This document shows positions 50,021-63,409 of a stretch of 64,000 nt of DNA, piece after piece. The position numbers and the translations under genes are program-made. Numbering within the stretch: the stretch's first letter is position 1; each line of letters opens with the position of its first letter. The DNA comes from an uncultured Acidobacteriota bacterium (GTDB lineage: Bacteria > Acidobacteriota > Vicinamibacteria > Vicinamibacterales > UBA2999): contig CAWIBL010000011.1 of the NCBI GenBank assembly GCA_963834325.1, positions 579,157 to 643,156 on the forward strand, read 5' to 3'. Under the pieces are notes generated by a model. It did not search any database and was not told the origin of the DNA. It was given only the letters and a program-made list of their open reading frames with translations.

Positions 50021-52363
50021 ATGATGGGCCGCAGACGTCGGATGCCGTACGCTCGGTTGCTATGGCTCGTATTGGGCTGCGCGTGGCTCCCCGGAGTGGA
50101 GCTGCACGCGCAGGCCGTGCACGGGACACTCGCCGGCACGGTACGGGATGCCAGTGGAGGCGCGCTGCCCGGGGTCAGCGTGACGCTCGTGCCGCAGCCG
50201 GCCGGGACGGTCCGAAATGCAATCGCCGATGCCAGCGGCCATTACGAATTCCCGGCGCTGCCGGCCGGCGACTACCGCCTCGAGGCGGTGCTGGCCGGAT
50301 TCGGCAGATACGAGGCGCGAATCACCATCGCCGCTGGCGACACCCGCACCCTCGATCTCACGCTCGACGTCTCGTCGTTCACCGAAACCGTCACGGTGAC
50401 CGTGACTCGCACCGAGCAGGACCGATCGACGGTGCCCAATGCGGTCTCGGTGATCGAGGGGGACACGATTCAGGCGTTCCAACGTCGCGCCTCCCCCGCC
50501 GAAGCGTTTGCCGGCATTCCCGGCTTCTACGTCGAGAACCGCCGCAACTACAGCTTGTCGGGCGGCGTCCGCTTCGCCATTCGCGCGCCGATGCCCCGCT
50601 TCGGCATGCGCGGCGTGCAGATCCTCCAGGACGGCGTGCCGATGACCATGGCCGATGGCACGACGGAGCCGACCAACATCGATCTCGGGTCGCTAGGCCG
50701 CGTGGAAGTGCTCCGCGGGCCCAGCTCGGTCTTGTACGGCAACTCGGCTGGCGGCGTCATCGCCCTCCAGACCGAGTTCCCGTCGGCCGGACGCATTGCC
50801 GTTCAGCCCGACGTGCAGTGGGGCAGCTACGGCTACCAGCAGCAGCAGGTGAAGGTGGCCGGAACCACGCCGAAGGCCAGCTACCTGGTCAACGCGAGCC
50901 GCATGGAATCCGAGGGATTCCGCCAGCACAGCCGCGCGGAAGTGCGACGAGCCAACGCGGTGGTGCGGCTCGCACCCTCGAGCGCCACCGAGATTCGCGG
51001 CGTCTTCAACATCTACGACCTGCCGTTTGGCGAAAGCGCCAGTACCGTCACGCTGGCCGATGCCCGCGACAATCCGCGCAGCGTGCGGCCGCAGGCGTTC
51101 ACGCAGGGCTGGGGCGAGGCCACTACCCAACAGCAGGCCGGCGTGACCTTGCAGCATCGAATCACCGATGGTCACGTCTTCCGCGCCACCGCCTGGGGGG
51201 TGTGGCGGGATGTGTGGAATCCGATTCCGGCGGCCGTCGTCGCCGTGGATCGCCGCGCCGCGGGTGTCCGCTCGGAGTATGCCGGGTCGGCCACGGCCTG
51301 GTCCCTGCCGGTCACGTGGACCACGGGGTTCGACGTCTCGATGCAGCACGACGAGCGCGAAGAGTACGGCAACAACGGCGTGCCGCTTGGCGGCGGGCGC
51401 ACGCAGGCCGGGGCCTTGCGTCTGGCCCAACTGGAGGAAGTGCGGTCCGTCAGCCCCTTCGTGCAGCTCACCGCGCGGCTGGGCCAGCGGTGGAACCTGG
51501 TGGGAGGCGCGCGATACGACCGCTTCCGCTTCCGCGCCACCGATCGATTCCTGACCAACGGCGACCAGTCGGGCGAACGCACCCTCGACGCGGTGAGTCC
51601 GATGGTGGGCGTGACCTTCGTGCCCTCACGCTGGCTGAACCTCTACTCGAACTTCGCCACCGCCTATCAGACGCCGACCACCGTGGAGCTCTCCAACCGG
51701 GCGTCGGATGAAGGCGGCTTCAACCCCGACCTCGGCCCCGAGGACCTGCGGAGCGTCGAGCTGGGCGCACGCGGCGCCATCGCGCCGTGGCGGCTCCGCT
51801 TCGAGGTGGCCGGCTACGTCTCGGCGCTCGACAACGCCATCGTCCGTTTTCAACGTCCGGATGAACAGGCCTACTTCAGGAACGCCGGCGAGGTGACGCG
51901 CAACGGGCTCGAGGTGCTCTTCGAGTGGGCGCCTACCGAGCGCCTCAAGGGGCGCTTCGCCTATACCTTTCAGGACTTCGACTACGGCGCCTTCGTTGCG
52001 CCCGAAGGGGACTTCACGAACCACACCGAGCCCGGGGCTCCGCCCCACCAGGTGATCGTGGCAGCCACCTACGAAGCGCCGTTCGGCGTGTTCACCGCCG
52101 CGCAGTACCGGTTCATCGACGCCTTTCCGGTCAACAGCGCGAATACGGTCGACAACTGGTCATACGGCGTCGTCGATCTGCGGCTGGGGCTCGACCGCCG
52201 CTGGCTGGGAATGCGCGTTCGTCCGTTCGTCAGCTTCGACAACGTCTTCGACCAGCGCTACAACTCGTCGGCCATCGTCAATTCGATCGGCGATCGGTTC
52301 TTCGAACCCTCGCCGGGCCGGGAGTTCGCGGTTGGCCTGACCCTTGGCCTCGATCGGTTCTAG
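50021..52363 (+). CDS. TonB-dependent receptor with a carboxypeptidase-regulatory-like N-terminal domain
   Basis: It has a signal peptide, 'GTVRDASGGALPGVSVTL..YEFPALPAGDYRL', the plug motif 'VEVLRGPSSVLYGNSAGGVIAL', and a long barrel ending 'LTLGLDRF'. The ORF is intact. Confidence 0.85.
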   Translation: MMGRRRRMPYARLLWLVLGCAWLPGVELHAQAVHGTLAGTVRDASGGALPGVSVTLVPQPAGTVRNAIADASGHYEFPALPAGDYRLEAVLAGFGRYEARITIAAGDTRTLDLTLDVSSFTETVTVTVTRTEQDRSTVPNAVSVIEGDTIQAFQRRASPAEAFAGIPGFYVENRRNYSLSGGVRFAIRAPMPRFGMRGVQILQDGVPMTMADGTTEPTNIDLGSLGRVEVLRGPSSVLYGNSAGGVIALQTEFPSAGRIAVQPDVQWGSYGYQQQQVKVAGTTPKASYLVNASRMESEGFRQHSRAEVRRANAVVRLAPSSATEIRGVFNIYDLPFGESASTVTLADARDNPRSVRPQAFTQGWGEATTQQQAGVTLQHRITDGHVFRATAWGVWRDVWNPIPAAVVAVDRRAAGVRSEYAGSATAWSLPVTWTTGFDVSMQHDEREEYGNNGVPLGGGRTQAGALRLAQLEEVRSVSPFVQLTARLGQRWNLVGGARYDRFRFRATDRFLTNGDQSGERTLDAVSPMVGVTFVPSRWLNLYSNFATAYQTPTTVELSNRASDEGGFNPDLGPEDLRSVELGARGAIAPWRLRFEVAGYVSALDNAIVRFQRPDEQAYFRNAGEVTRNGLEVLFEWAPTERLKGRFAYTFQDFDYGAFVAPEGDFTNHTEPGAPPHQVIVAATYEAPFGVFTAAQYRFIDAFPVNSANTVDNWSYGVVDLRLGLDRRWLGMRVRPFVSFDNVFDQRYNSSAIVNSIGDRFFEPSPGREFAVGLTLGLDRF

Positions 52364-52369
52364 AAGGGC

Positions 52370-54112
52370 GTGGGAGACACGATGAAACGGTTGCTGAAGC
52401 CAGGACGCACGGGCGCGGTCGCCGGGGCCAGCCTGCTCGTAGTGCTGGCCGTGGCCACGGCCGCCTGCCGGGGTGCGGACCAGCCGCGGGGGCCGGACCA
52501 GCCGCCGGCGCCGGACGATGTGGTGGGCGCGGTGACCGACGAGGTGCTTCGCGACGGCCATCGCGCGCGGACGTCCACCTGGCCCACCTACGGCGGCGAT
52601 TGGGGCCAGACCCGCTACTCGCCGCTCACGCAGATCAATCGCCGCACCGTGAGCCGGCTGCGGCCCGCATGGATCGCGCAGACCGGCGTGGTCGGGTCGT
52701 TCGAGAGCACGCCCGTCGTGCTGGGCCGGGAAATGTATGTCACCACGCCCGGAGAAGGCGGCGTGCAGCGGGTCATCCGCCTCGATTCGACGACCGGCGA
52801 AGTGGCCTGGCAAACGAGCGTGCAGGGCGACGCGGCCAGCGATCAGGCGGCCACCGAAGATCTGCACCTGCCCACGCACTTCGGGCCCAATCGAGGCGTG
52901 GCTGTGTACGGCACGCGGGTCTACGTCGGGACGCTCAACGGGACGTTGATGGCGCTGGAGCGCGCGACGGGGCAGAAGGTCTTCGAGGTGAAGACGGCCT
53001 CGCCTCGTCTCACCGGTGCGCCGGTTGCCGCCCGCGGCCGCATCATTCAGGGCATCTCGTTCGTGGACCGGGGCATGGTGCAGGCCTTCGACGCGGACAC
53101 CGGGGCCTTGGTCTGGACGTGGCATGCCATCCCGTCGCCCGAGGAGGGCGGCTGGTGGGGCGACTACGTCGAGACCCTGCCGGGGAATCCCGCCATCAGC
53201 CTCAACCGCGACATCGCCTGGGAGAAGGCCAATCGACAGCGGTTGCAGGACGGCTGGAAGACGGGAGGGGCCAGCGCGCCGATGACGCCCACCGTGGATG
53301 CGGCGCGCGGGCTGGTCTACGTGACCACGGGCGGTCCCGATCCCACGGCCTTTCCGCCGCCGTCCGAACCGCATCCGGGCGACATGCGCTGGACCAACTC
53401 GGTGTGCGCGCTGCGTATCGAGGACGGCTCGATGGCCTGGTGCTATCAGTATCTGCCGCACGACATCTGGGGCGCCTCGGGGCCGACGCCACCGATCCTG
53501 TTCAGCCTGGTCCGCGAGGGGCGCGCCCAGGACGTCGTCGGGAAGTTCACCGGGATGGCCAACCTTTACGTGCTGGATGCGGACAAGGGCACGCTGGTCA
53601 CGCGGTCCGACAACTACATGCCGGTGAGCGGCACGGTCGGTGGGGTCGCCGGAGCCAACATCATGCCTGGCGGCGTGGCGGGCACCATCTGGTCGCCCGG
53701 CGCCTACAGCCCGGAGACCGGGCTGCTCTATTCGGTGAACCAGCGCATCGAGGGCTACTTCCTGCCGCGCGAACAGCGGCGCGGCAACGAACGCTTCGGG
53801 AACGTGGCGGCCGTCAATCCGGCGACGGGGAAGGTGGCGTGGACGCAACGCACCGACCAGCCGCTGGCGGGCGGCGTGCTGGCCACCGCCGGCGGACTGG
53901 TGTTTGCGGGCCGCACGTCGGGCTGGTTCGACGCCTACGACGCCGTCACGGGCGACCGCGTCTGGACCTTCCGCATGGGCGCGGGCTGCAACTCCGCGCC
54001 GATGACCTACCAGGTAGGCGGCCGGCAGTACGTGGCCCTCTCGTGCGGCGGCCACGGATCGCTGGATCCGCAGGGGGGCGACACGGTCGTGGCCTTTGCG
54101 CTGCCCGACTGA
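52370..54112 (+). CDS. PQQ-dependent dehydrogenase (quinoprotein alcohol/glucose dehydrogenase-like beta-propeller)
   Basis: 'WPTYGGDWGQTRYSPLTQINRRTVSRLRPAW', repeated W-containing blades, and 'GGVLATAGGLVFAG..DAYDAVTGDRVW' match the family. It starts 6 nt after the receptor gene. Confidence 0.75.
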   Translation: MGDTMKRLLKPGRTGAVAGASLLVVLAVATAACRGADQPRGPDQPPAPDDVVGAVTDEVLRDGHRARTSTWPTYGGDWGQTRYSPLTQINRRTVSRLRPAWIAQTGVVGSFESTPVVLGREMYVTTPGEGGVQRVIRLDSTTGEVAWQTSVQGDAASDQAATEDLHLPTHFGPNRGVAVYGTRVYVGTLNGTLMALERATGQKVFEVKTASPRLTGAPVAARGRIIQGISFVDRGMVQAFDADTGALVWTWHAIPSPEEGGWWGDYVETLPGNPAISLNRDIAWEKANRQRLQDGWKTGGASAPMTPTVDAARGLVYVTTGGPDPTAFPPPSEPHPGDMRWTNSVCALRIEDGSMAWCYQYLPHDIWGASGPTPPILFSLVREGRAQDVVGKFTGMANLYVLDADKGTLVTRSDNYMPVSGTVGGVAGANIMPGGVAGTIWSPGAYSPETGLLYSVNQRIEGYFLPREQRRGNERFGNVAAVNPATGKVAWTQRTDQPLAGGVLATAGGLVFAGRTSGWFDAYDAVTGDRVWTFRMGAGCNSAPMTYQVGGRQYVALSCGGHGSLDPQGGDTVVAFALPD

Positions 54113-54137
54113 CCTGACGGCGCGAGCCGCATTTCTG

Positions 54138-54173
54138 CTGGACTGTGTATCATTCAGTATAGATACTGTCCAG
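54138..54173. promoter_or_regulatory. AT-rich nested palindrome plus a -10-like TATAGAT immediately upstream of padR (a putative PadR operator/promoter)
   Basis: The outer arms are CTGGAC (54138-54143) / GTCCAG (54168-54173). The inner arms are GTATC (54147-54151) / GATAC (54162-54166). TATAGAT lies at 54158-54164. The ATG is at 54176 with no Shine-Dalgarno sequence in between. Confidence 0.4.
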
Positions 54174-54175
54174 AC

Positions 54176-54541
54176 ATGCCCGACAAACCGAGGAGCGTCC
54201 CGCCGCTGCTGCCGCTCAGACCCAAGGTGCTGCACATCCTGATGGCGGTGGTCGACGTCCCCCGCCACGGCTACGGCATCATGCAGGAGGTCCTCGAGCG
54301 CACCGACGGCCAGGTCCGGTTGTGGCCGGCGGCGCTCTACGGCCTGCTGCGGGAGCTCGAGCAGCTCGACCTGATCGTGGAGTCGGACAAGCGGCCGGCC
54401 GCCGCCGACGACGACGCGCGGCGCCGCTACTTCGCGCTCACCCCGCACGGCAGGCACGTGCTCGACGCCGAGGTGCGGCGGCTCGAAGCCATCGTCAATC
54501 ACGCGCGCGCCAGCCGCGCTCTGCGCAAGGCGCGGGCATGA
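54176..54541 (+). CDS. PadR-family transcriptional regulator
   Basis: 'LHILMAVVDVPRHGYGIMQEVLERTDGQVRLWPAALYGLLRELEQLDLI..RRRYFALTPHGRHVL' matches the family. Its stop overlaps the next ATG as ATGA. Confidence 0.85.
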   Translation: MPDKPRSVPPLLPLRPKVLHILMAVVDVPRHGYGIMQEVLERTDGQVRLWPAALYGLLRELEQLDLIVESDKRPAAADDDARRRYFALTPHGRHVLDAEVRRLEAIVNHARASRALRKARA

Positions 54542-57118
54542 ATGCCGACCGCCTCGCCATCCGTGAAGACCGCCAGCGCCTGTTGCAGCAGGCCCGCGCG
54601 CAGGGGCCGGCGGCCTATGCCACGACCTGGCTGGCCCTGCTCTGGGATCTGATCTTCGCCGGCGTCCGGCACGACATCGCCCAGGCGCTGCGCTCGGTGG
54701 TGCGGTCGCCGGCCGTCGTCCTCGGCCTCTCGCTGCTGCTCGGCCTGGGCGTGGCGGCCACCACCACGCTGTTCGCGTTCGTCGACGCGGCCCTGCTGCG
54801 GCCGCTGCCCTACGACCAGCCCGATCGGCTGGTGCTGGTCGTGGAGTCGAATCTCGGCCAGAACCGCCTGCGCGAAGGCGGCTCGCCGGGCAACATCCTC
54901 GATTGGGTCGACCGCAACGACGCCTTCGACGCGATCACCGCGGCCATGACCGTGTCGGCCACCCTCCGCGCCGGCGACGGCGGCACGCCAATCGCCGGCG
55001 TGCACGTCACGCGCGGCTTCTTCGACGTGTATCGCCGCCAGCCGCTGCTCGGGCGAACCTTCCTGGCCAGCGAGTACGAGGGCGCGACGTCGATCACGTC
55101 GCGGCAGCCGTCGAGCGGCGACCCGGTGATGGTCCTCAGCCATCGCCTGTGGCAGACCCTGGGCGCCGAGGCCGGCGATCGTCGGCCGGACCGTCAACGT
55201 CGAAGGTCGCGACTGGCAGGTGATCGGCGTCATGCCCCCGGACTTCGCGGTGCCCGACGCGACGGCGGCCTTCTGGGCGCCGTGGGACATGCGGACGTCG
55301 TACCGCGGCACGCGCTTTCCGGACGGCCCGCCGCGCGATGCCCGCTTCCTGCGCGTCGACGGGCCGGATGAAGGCCGGGATGTCGATCGCCGGCGCCGAG
55401 GCGCGGCTGCAGACGCTGGCCAGCGGCCTGGCGTCCGAGCATCCCGCCACCAACGCCGGGTGGAGCGTGCGGCTGCTGCCGCTGGCCGAGGAACTCGCCG
55501 GCACCAGCCGCCTGGAGCTGCTGCTGGTGTTTGCCGCGATGTTCTGCCTGCTGTTGCTGCTGTGCGCCAACGTCGCCAGCCTGGCGATTGCCCGCGGCGT
55601 GGCCCGCGCCAGGGAGATGGCGATTCGCCTGGCCTTCGGCGCCAGCGGCCAGCCGCGTCACACGACAGCTGATCGCCGAAAGCGCGTTGAGCGCGATCGT
55701 CACCCTGGCCATCGCCATGGTGCTCACCACCTGGTGGGTGGACGCGGCGCTGTCGGTTGCGCCCATCGGCCTGCCGCGCCTCCACGAGGTGGGCATGAAC
55801 GCGCGCGTCGCCTCGTTTGCCGCCGTGCTTGCGCTGCTGGTCACCGCGCTCGGCAACGCGGTGCCGACCTTCCGCGCCACCCGCACCTCCATCGCCGGGG
55901 CGCTCAAGGACGGCGCGGCGGTATCGGCCAGCGCGTCCGGCCGCTTGCGCGCGGCTCTGGTGGTGGTCGAGATCGCCGCCGCGGTGATGCTGCTGGTCGG
56001 CGCCGGCCTGTTGGCGCGGACCTTTGCCGAGTTGCAGCGCGTGGACGTCGGTTTCGACACCCGGAATCTCCTGGTGCTGCGTATCACGCCCGACGCCACG
56101 CGGTATCGCACCGGCGCGCACACCACCGGGTACTACGGTCGCGTGCTGACGCCATCCGCGCAAGTCCCGGGCGTCACGTCGGTGGCAGCGGTGACCTCGC
56201 TGCCGATGAGCTCGATTGGCTCCGAGTTCACCCGGCCCTACTGGCCCGAGCACGCTCGTCCCGAGGGCCACGCAGTGGCCGCCGCCAGCATCCGCATGGC
56301 GACGCCGGGCTATTTCGCGACGCTGGGCCTGCCGTTGGCCGGCGGACGCGAGTTCACGGACTTCGACGATGCGACCGCGCCCCGGGTCGTGGTCGTCAAC
56401 CAGAAGCTGGCCCGCACCGCCTGGGACGGCGACGATCCCGTGGGGCGCACCCTCGTGCTCGACTACCAGGGCGGCACCTATCCCTACGAAGTGGTCGGCG
56501 TCGTCCGCGACGCGCGGTTCGACGGCCCGCGAAGCGAGCCGGTGCCGGAGATCTTCATTCCGCACGCGCAGAACCCATATCTGGTTCTGAACGTGATCGC
56601 CCGCACCACCGTGGATCCCCTGGCCGTGGCCCAGACGGCGCGGGCGGCGGCGCTGGGTGTCGACCCCGATCAGCCGGTGCACTCGGTGACGACGATGGAG
56701 CGGGTTGCTGGGCGACGCCGTCCAGATGGACCGCTTCTCGATGCTGCTGATCACGCTCTTCGCGGTGGCCGGCCTCATCACCGCGGGCGGCGGCGTGTAT
56801 GCGCTGCTGGCCTACACCGTGGTGCAGCGGCGGCGCGAGATTGCGCTGCGGATGGCGCTTGGAGCGTCGCCGCAGCGGGTAGCGCGGTCGATCGTGATGG
56901 AATCGCTGGCCCTCGCCACGGCCGGCGGCGTTCTCGGCCTGGCCGGCGCCGCGGCCGGCGGCCGCTTTGCCCGCACGCTGCTGTTCGGGGTGGCCCCGCA
57001 GGATCCGGTGACGCTCGCCACTACCGTGGCGGTGCTGCTGCTGGTGGTGGTGGCGGCCAGTTGGCTGCCGGCACGCCGGGCCGCGCTGATCGACCCGTCG
57101 CGGGCCATGAGAATCTGA
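54538..57118 (+). CDS. Duplicated FtsX/MacB-type ABC transporter permease (ADOP-like), 4 frame breaks (~55185, ~55345, ~55655, ~56700)
   Basis: The pieces run 54538.. ('LRSVVRSPAVVLGLSLLLGLGVAATTTLFAFVDAALLRPLPY'), then 55220.. ('VIGVMPPDFAVPD'), then 55338.. ('GMSIAGAEARLQTLAS..MAIRLAFGAS'), then 55531.. (second MacB periplasmic domain), then 56705.. ('REIALRMALGASPQRV..LPARRAALIDPSRAMRI'). Confidence 0.8.
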
Positions 57119-57182
57119 CGCGACGGTCGGCCCGGTTGGGCGACCGCCGCGCGTCGAGTGATCGAAGGTTGACGACAGCGGC

Positions 57183-59337
<2,155 letters not shown>

Positions 59338-59553
59338 GTGCCCTCTTTTGGCGCGTGAAGGACTTGGTAACGCGTTCTTACGAGCGCCCGGCCAGTCACT
59401 ATCAACATCGATGCCACGCGGCGGAGCCGTCTGGATTGACCGAGCCGGCGCCAGCTCGGCTGCTCGGCGTGGGTAGAGGATAAGCGGCAACGGCGTGGCG
59501 TATTGCCGTCCAGCCCATGCGTGAAACCGGAAGTCGTGACAGAATTTCTGACA

Positions 59554-61476
<1,923 letters not shown>

Positions 61477-61516
61477 AGCTGCGGGCGGCGGGACCGGCAA
61501 GGCGGTTGCGCCTCGA

Positions 61517-62752
61517 TCAGAATCGCACGTAGTAGCCGAGGGTGATCTGCGGCCTGAGATCGACACCACGACCGGTGTAGGTCACCAGGCCGTCGATCGG
61601 CCCACCGCCGAGTGATGCCTGCGCGTCGGCCCTCGACGAGAACTGAATCGACGGGGACGAGTTGAGGAACGCCAGGATTCCGCCCGGCTGAAGGACCGCC
61701 CGCGCCACCGAGGCATCGACGGTGGTCACCGCGCGGTTCGCACTGGCGAGCACGCGGGCGTCGGCGCGGAGGCCGCTGTTGCCGGCCAGTCGCAGGGTGA
61801 GTCCCAACCCGGCCACTCCGGTGGGCACGCGTTTTTTGTCAGCGAAGCGAATGGCAACCGTTTCGCTTTCACTGAACTTATTCTCGGCCGAGAGGCGCAG
61901 GAACTCGTAGCTGCTCTGCATCTGCACGTCGAGCACCGGCGCGTCGTTGATGATGACGCCGCCGCCCACCAGCGCATGGAGGCCGAGCCGGTCAGTGCGA
62001 AGGAACGAGATGACTGCGCTGCCAGTCACGGTCGTCTGACTGTCGGAGGCGTCGGGCGGCGACGTGACCACCGAGGTCACCCGGGTGGCGCCTTGCAGCG
62101 GCGCCGGATTGGCGACGTCAACGAAGTCGAGCAGCGACTGGAACGCCCCGACGTAGCTGACCCGTGTGGCCTCGAGCCCGGCCGCGGCCTCGTCCGACAG
62201 ACGTGATTGCCGGCGGCCACGGTCAACGGCGACCTCCGCGGCCAGCCAGGAGGTCAAGTGGCGCGACATCCGCACCCCGACGGCATGCTTCGGAGTGCGC
62301 ACCGTGCCGCGCGTGCGCAGCACCTCGTCGAGCGGCGTGATGGCAGCCAGGCCGACACCACGATTCGTGGCCATCGACATCCGGAACTGCTCGAAGAGCA
62401 AGGCGCCGTCGCCGAAGGCCCACGACGACACGACTCGACTCGCGCCGCCGGCGGCGGTGGTAAAGGGCGCGCCGGCCGGGAACGTGTCGATCCCGGTTCC
62501 GGTCCGCCCCCACGCGCCCGGCAAGTTGTTGGTCAGCGGGTCGCCGAACCCACTGCCGTAGATCTCGAACTGCCACTTGCCCGGCTGGCGTGACCGCGGC
62601 GTGAATGACGGCGCCTGGAAGGCCGCTGGATCTGGCGCGGTCTGGGCCGACACGACCGAGAGATCCGCCGACCACAGCACCGCTGCCACCATCCACACCG
62701 CACGGCGCGTGCATGACCGGAACACGAACGGACACCGACCCGAGATACTCAT
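61517..62752 (-). CDS. Outer-membrane beta-barrel-like protein (hypothetical)
   Basis: The ATG at 62752 is preceded by GGAGA. It has the signal 'AVWMVAAVLWSADLSVVSAQT', alternating beta-like segments, and a C-terminal '..LGYYVRF' (aromatic terminus). Confidence 0.5.
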   Translation of the reverse strand: MSISGRCPFVFRSCTRRAVWMVAAVLWSADLSVVSAQTAPDPAAFQAPSFTPRSRQPGKWQFEIYGSGFGDPLTNNLPGAWGRTGTGIDTFPAGAPFTTAAGGASRVVSSWAFGDGALLFEQFRMSMATNRGVGLAAITPLDEVLRTRGTVRTPKHAVGVRMSRHLTSWLAAEVAVDRGRRQSRLSDEAAAGLEATRVSYVGAFQSLLDFVDVANPAPLQGATRVTSVVTSPPDASDSQTTVTGSAVISFLRTDRLGLHALVGGGVIINDAPVLDVQMQSSYEFLRLSAENKFSESETVAIRFADKKRVPTGVAGLGLTLRLAGNSGLRADARVLASANRAVTTVDASVARAVLQPGGILAFLNSSPSIQFSSRADAQASLGGGPIDGLVTYTGRGVDLRPQITLGYYVRF

Positions 62753-63061
62753 CTTCTTGTCTCCTGTTGGCGAATCTGGCTGGACGGTGGCGGCCACCGC
62801 CGGTTGGCCGGTTACTGCCGCCTGTTCGCAGAGAGAAACACCAACGAGTGGCGAACCGAACGAACTCAGGCGTGCCCGCTGCGGAGGGGGCCACGGCTGA
62901 ACCGTGGCTGGCGTGGGAAAAGGGGATGGGTTAGGGGGGCAACGCCAAGAGCGGCGTCGGATGGAGGATCGAACAGAGAATCGAAGCGAGAACCGAATCA
63001 GGGCGGCAGCCGCGACCGGCGGCCGCCGCCCCTGCAAGCGCCCCGCGGGCGCGTCACCTGG

Positions 63062-63397
63062 CTAGTTGCACCAGTCCTGCGATGACCCGGTCGGTGGACA
63101 GTCGACGCTGTGAGACGCAATCGCGGCATCCAACGTGGTGATCGGTCGGCCAACGGCCAAGTCGCGTGCTCGCCTGCCGAGCTGCCTTGCTTTGTCGAGC
63201 AGGGCAGCCTTCTCATCGTCGTATTTCTTCCCTTTTTTGTGGAGCGCATAGAAGAACTTCGCTTTGTATTGGTTCCGCCACCAGCTCTCGACGTGGGGCT
63301 CCAGACCCTGACCTGCCGCTTCGCTGACCGCCGCAACAAGGTCCTTCAGCATCTTCTCTACCGTGTCATCGATCGTCTTGTCGTCCAGTGCGCCCAT
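63062..63397 (-). CDS. Hypothetical Lys-rich protein (111 aa)
   Basis: The ATG at 63397 lies 5 nt after a perfect AGGAGA and 12 nt after the kinase stop. The sequence 'MGALDDKTIDDTVEKMLKDLV..FFYALHKKGKKYDDEKAALLDKARQLG' is lower in GC than its surroundings. Confidence 0.45.
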   Translation of the reverse strand: MGALDDKTIDDTVEKMLKDLVAAVSEAAGQGLEPHVESWWRNQYKAKFFYALHKKGKKYDDEKAALLDKARQLGRRARDLAVGRPITTLDAAIASHSVDCPPTGSSQDWCN

Positions 63398-63409
63398 TCG
63401 TCTCCTCAC

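Noticed and set aside
59338-59553. A heat-shock (sigma-32 type) promoter or CIRCE operator in the divergent katE-htpG intergenic region.
   Set aside because: There is no TTAGCACTC-N9-GAGTGCTAA-like element. No CTTGAA/CCCCAT pair at proper spacing could be found by eye, only weak partial matches.
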